The notes under the pieces: generated by a model
Told to the model about the DNA's origin: nothing
Database searches by the model: none
Seen by the model: the letters and a program-made list of their open reading frames with translations, nothing else
In this document: positions 61,233-64,000 of the stretch, one piece after another
Numbering within the stretch: the stretch's first letter is position 1
How the letters are laid out: each line of letters begins with the position of its first letter
NCBI GenBank assembly: GCA_012295275.1
Contig: CM022672.1
Span: forward strand, 31,992,001-32,056,000
Reading direction: 5' to 3'
DNA from: Chrysomallon squamiferum
Taxonomy: Eukaryota; Animalia; Mollusca
Length of the DNA stretch: 64,000 bases
Made by a program: the position numbers and the translations under genes

Positions 61233-62461
61233 AACTCACAGCGACACAGGTATGAACATAGTGAGTAACGAAACATACATACCGACACGAACGTTGATAA
61301 CAATACAGTTTTTGTTAGTAATCTAATTATTTTCTAATTAATTAATCTCCCATAATTATCTCTCGTTTTGAAGTCTTACTATACATTCTTTTACACAGAT
61401 ATCTTTATACGGATGACGTCGTCCTAACAGGCCACAACGTCACCGGTCTGCTGTATCTATCGAGGAAGTACATCGTCACGACACTGGAAGAACAGTGCGT
61501 GCGCTATTTGAAGTCGTCGTTGTCGTCACGGAATGCGTGCGTCGTGCTGGAACAAGCTCACCTGTTTGATGAACATGATCTAAGAAAAAAACCTCTGGAC
61601 TTCATTTTGGAAAATGGCGACGAAGTTTTGAAGTCAGATGAAGTCACCGATCTTTGTCACGAATGTCTGGTTGAGATCGTACGATCAGACGAACTGACAG
61701 CAGACGAGAAAAATGTTTTTGAAGCCGCTGTGAAGTGGGCTGACAGTGCGTGTAAGAAGCAAGGAAGACAGACGAATGGACAGAACATGCGCGAAGCACT
61801 GGGAGAGGCCGTGAAGCACGTGCGTTATCCATTACTCGATCAGACGTATTTTGTAAAGCACGTGACACCCACTAACATACTCAGTGACACAGAAGGATTC
61901 AAGATTTTGAAAAACTTGGTGAACAGTGATGAAGATGTTTCACCTTTTAACTCAAACATGAGAACTGCAGTGATTCGTAAAACACTGGTTACAATAAACA
62001 GGTTTGGCAGAACATTGTCTGGTTACTTGTTCTGTTCTGGTGAAGTATTTGATCACGCCATTACTTTCTCTGTCAACAAAAACGCTTTACTTCGCGGATT
62101 TCAGTTGTACGGTCACAGTAAACCACGAAACTACGACGTCAGCGCCTTCGTCACTGACACAAGAAGAGACGAGATACTGGACGGGTCTACGCGGACACAG
62201 AGATATGAGCACGTCGTGTCTGACGTGTATGACGTCGTGTTCAGACGTCCAGTGAAGATTACTAAAGACACTGAGTACAGCTTGTTTGTAAATGTTAATG
62301 GAGGAAGCTCACTGTATGGATTTGAAGGTAAATCAAAAATTGTTGTAGACTCTTTTGTTTGTAGATTTTCTGAGTCACACAAAACTAAACACAGTCACAG
62401 AAAACTTGGTGTTACACGTGTGAATGAAGGACAAATACCTGCTTTGTTATTTTTAGTATAA
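60908..62461 (+). CDS. BTB-BACK-PHR domain protein (BTBD1/2/3/6-like CUL3 substrate adaptor), copy 3, intact; coding exons 60908-61164 and 61399-62461, about 439 aa
   Basis: Exon 1 encodes BTB motifs (SDVRFVVG, AHRFILMIRSEVFHRILMG, ILLPDVQADIFTEFLK). A GT..AG phase-2 intron 61165-61398 joins to give FLKYLYTDDV. Exon 2 encodes BACK (NACVVLEQAHLFDE, VFEAAVKWA, VRYPLL) and PHR (AITFSVNK, GFQLYG, C-terminal GQIPALLF) with no stop until TAA 62459-62461. Confidence 0.93.
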
Positions 62462-62672
62462 AAAACAACATCGTTCAAACACTGTCACTTTTAGTCATCA
62501 CTGGCCTAATATTTTTATTTTTATTTATTTGTTCATTTATTGATTTATTGATTTGTTTACGTTTTTCTGATGACGTCATAGATACTTGATTTGATTCGAA
62601 ATTTTCTACTGGATTGTTTTGTGTCAAACAGACACGTTTGAAATGTATATTAACATCCCATTGCTTTATCAT

Positions 62673-62735
<63 letters not shown>

Positions 62736-63242
62736 TTGTTTAAGTATATCTAATGTTTTTAGTTTGTATATAAAACTTAATATTATTAACTATTTCTTGC
62801 TTCATTTGTACATTTTTTATTTCGGTTTAGAATGTATATAAAATAAAATGTAGATAAATTATATATGTACTTATTGACTGTTGGACATGAAATACAAGAA
62901 CTGTTATTTGATTTATTTATGAATTTTCTTTTATTCAGATTTATTTTAAATATTTAAGTAACCTAGATTATGTTTCAAATTTACTGTTTGTTTATTTATA
63001 AGATGTATATAAAGAAAATGCAAATAAATTTGTTTTTGTATCATAAATTCTTACATCGTTTATTTTTGGATTTAATTTGTGTTTAGAATGGAAACAGAAA
63101 AATTATATAGACATAAAAATCAAGTTTTATTATTTAGTTTCTGTAATATTTTTCTTTTCTGCATACAGCGTGTAATACATAAAGATATTGTGAGACAGGA
63201 TTCCAGAGCAGATCGTATAACTGTACTTGATGTGTGTAGTCT

Positions 63243-63391
<149 letters not shown>

Positions 63392-64000
63392 AATAAAGAT
63401 AAAATATACTGTATAAAAGAGTTAGGAAAATAGGGAGAAATTTCCAGGCTAACTCTAATATATTATTAACAAGACTTTGAAAAATCCGGAGCTTTCTGGT
63501 GTAAATTCCAGAATAAAGTACATTTCATAAAGGTCATTACAGAAACAATGACAACAATTAGCACGTAATTAGACTACCGCGTGGACTTAATAAACATTGA
63601 TGCCAAGCTTCTTCTAATCACTATTCGCGGTATCCTCCCAACAGTCACATGGTCAGAAAAGTCATACAGTTTGGAAAGCAGTCAAGCAGTAAGTAAGCTG
63701 GGCACCCCTGTGTGGAGAATGATCAACTAGTCTTGGCTGTGTCTCACTGCTAACTGTTGTAATCACAACTCCGGTGGGAAGCTGATTAAGTGTGCATCAA
63801 ACCTTGACCTGTTTTATTATCACCTGTATGACAAATAAGCCTATGACTAATGGGAGGTAACCATATACCACTTGTTATCAACTTTTTTCATACCGCGACG
63901 ACTTATGAGCAATTCAATACGACCGAAAATCCCCTTTAAAATTTTTCATTCAATATTATGTAGGGTTACCATATTTTCATCAAGCAAAGACAGTACAAAA

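Overview
AT-rich, microsatellite-dense animal genomic DNA. A mollusc/lophotrochozoan source is likely from repeat content and protein families (inference). Most ORF-track entries are simple-repeat artefacts. The window is a segmental-duplication hub. It holds three copies of a two-coding-exon BTB-BACK-PHR (BTBD1/2/3/6-like, CUL3 adaptor) gene: one intact (60908-62461), two frameshifted at the start of the PHR domain (9316-10889 +, 50740-52060 -), plus an older PHR-only relic (~36730-37090). Copies 1 and 2 lie at the outer ends of a large inverted duplication (arms ~9555-22340 and ~38890-52060, spacer ~16.5 kb). Each arm also carries an E2F/CCAAT promoter with small exons and a spliced, decayed 3' fragment of DHX8/PRP22. 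The spacer holds a decayed multi-exon F-box/leucine-rich-repeat gene with FBXL17-like spacing. Amino-acid differences between the BTB paralogs cluster in PHR loops, while an 87-residue BACK block is identical at the protein level and the 3' part of the intron is identical at the DNA level, suggesting diversifying selection. TE relics include an L1/Tx1 LINE, hAT elements, a Charlie-type MITE, a Tc1/mariner 5' end and a SINE core. A 200-N gap interrupts copy 2. All alignments and translations were done by eye.
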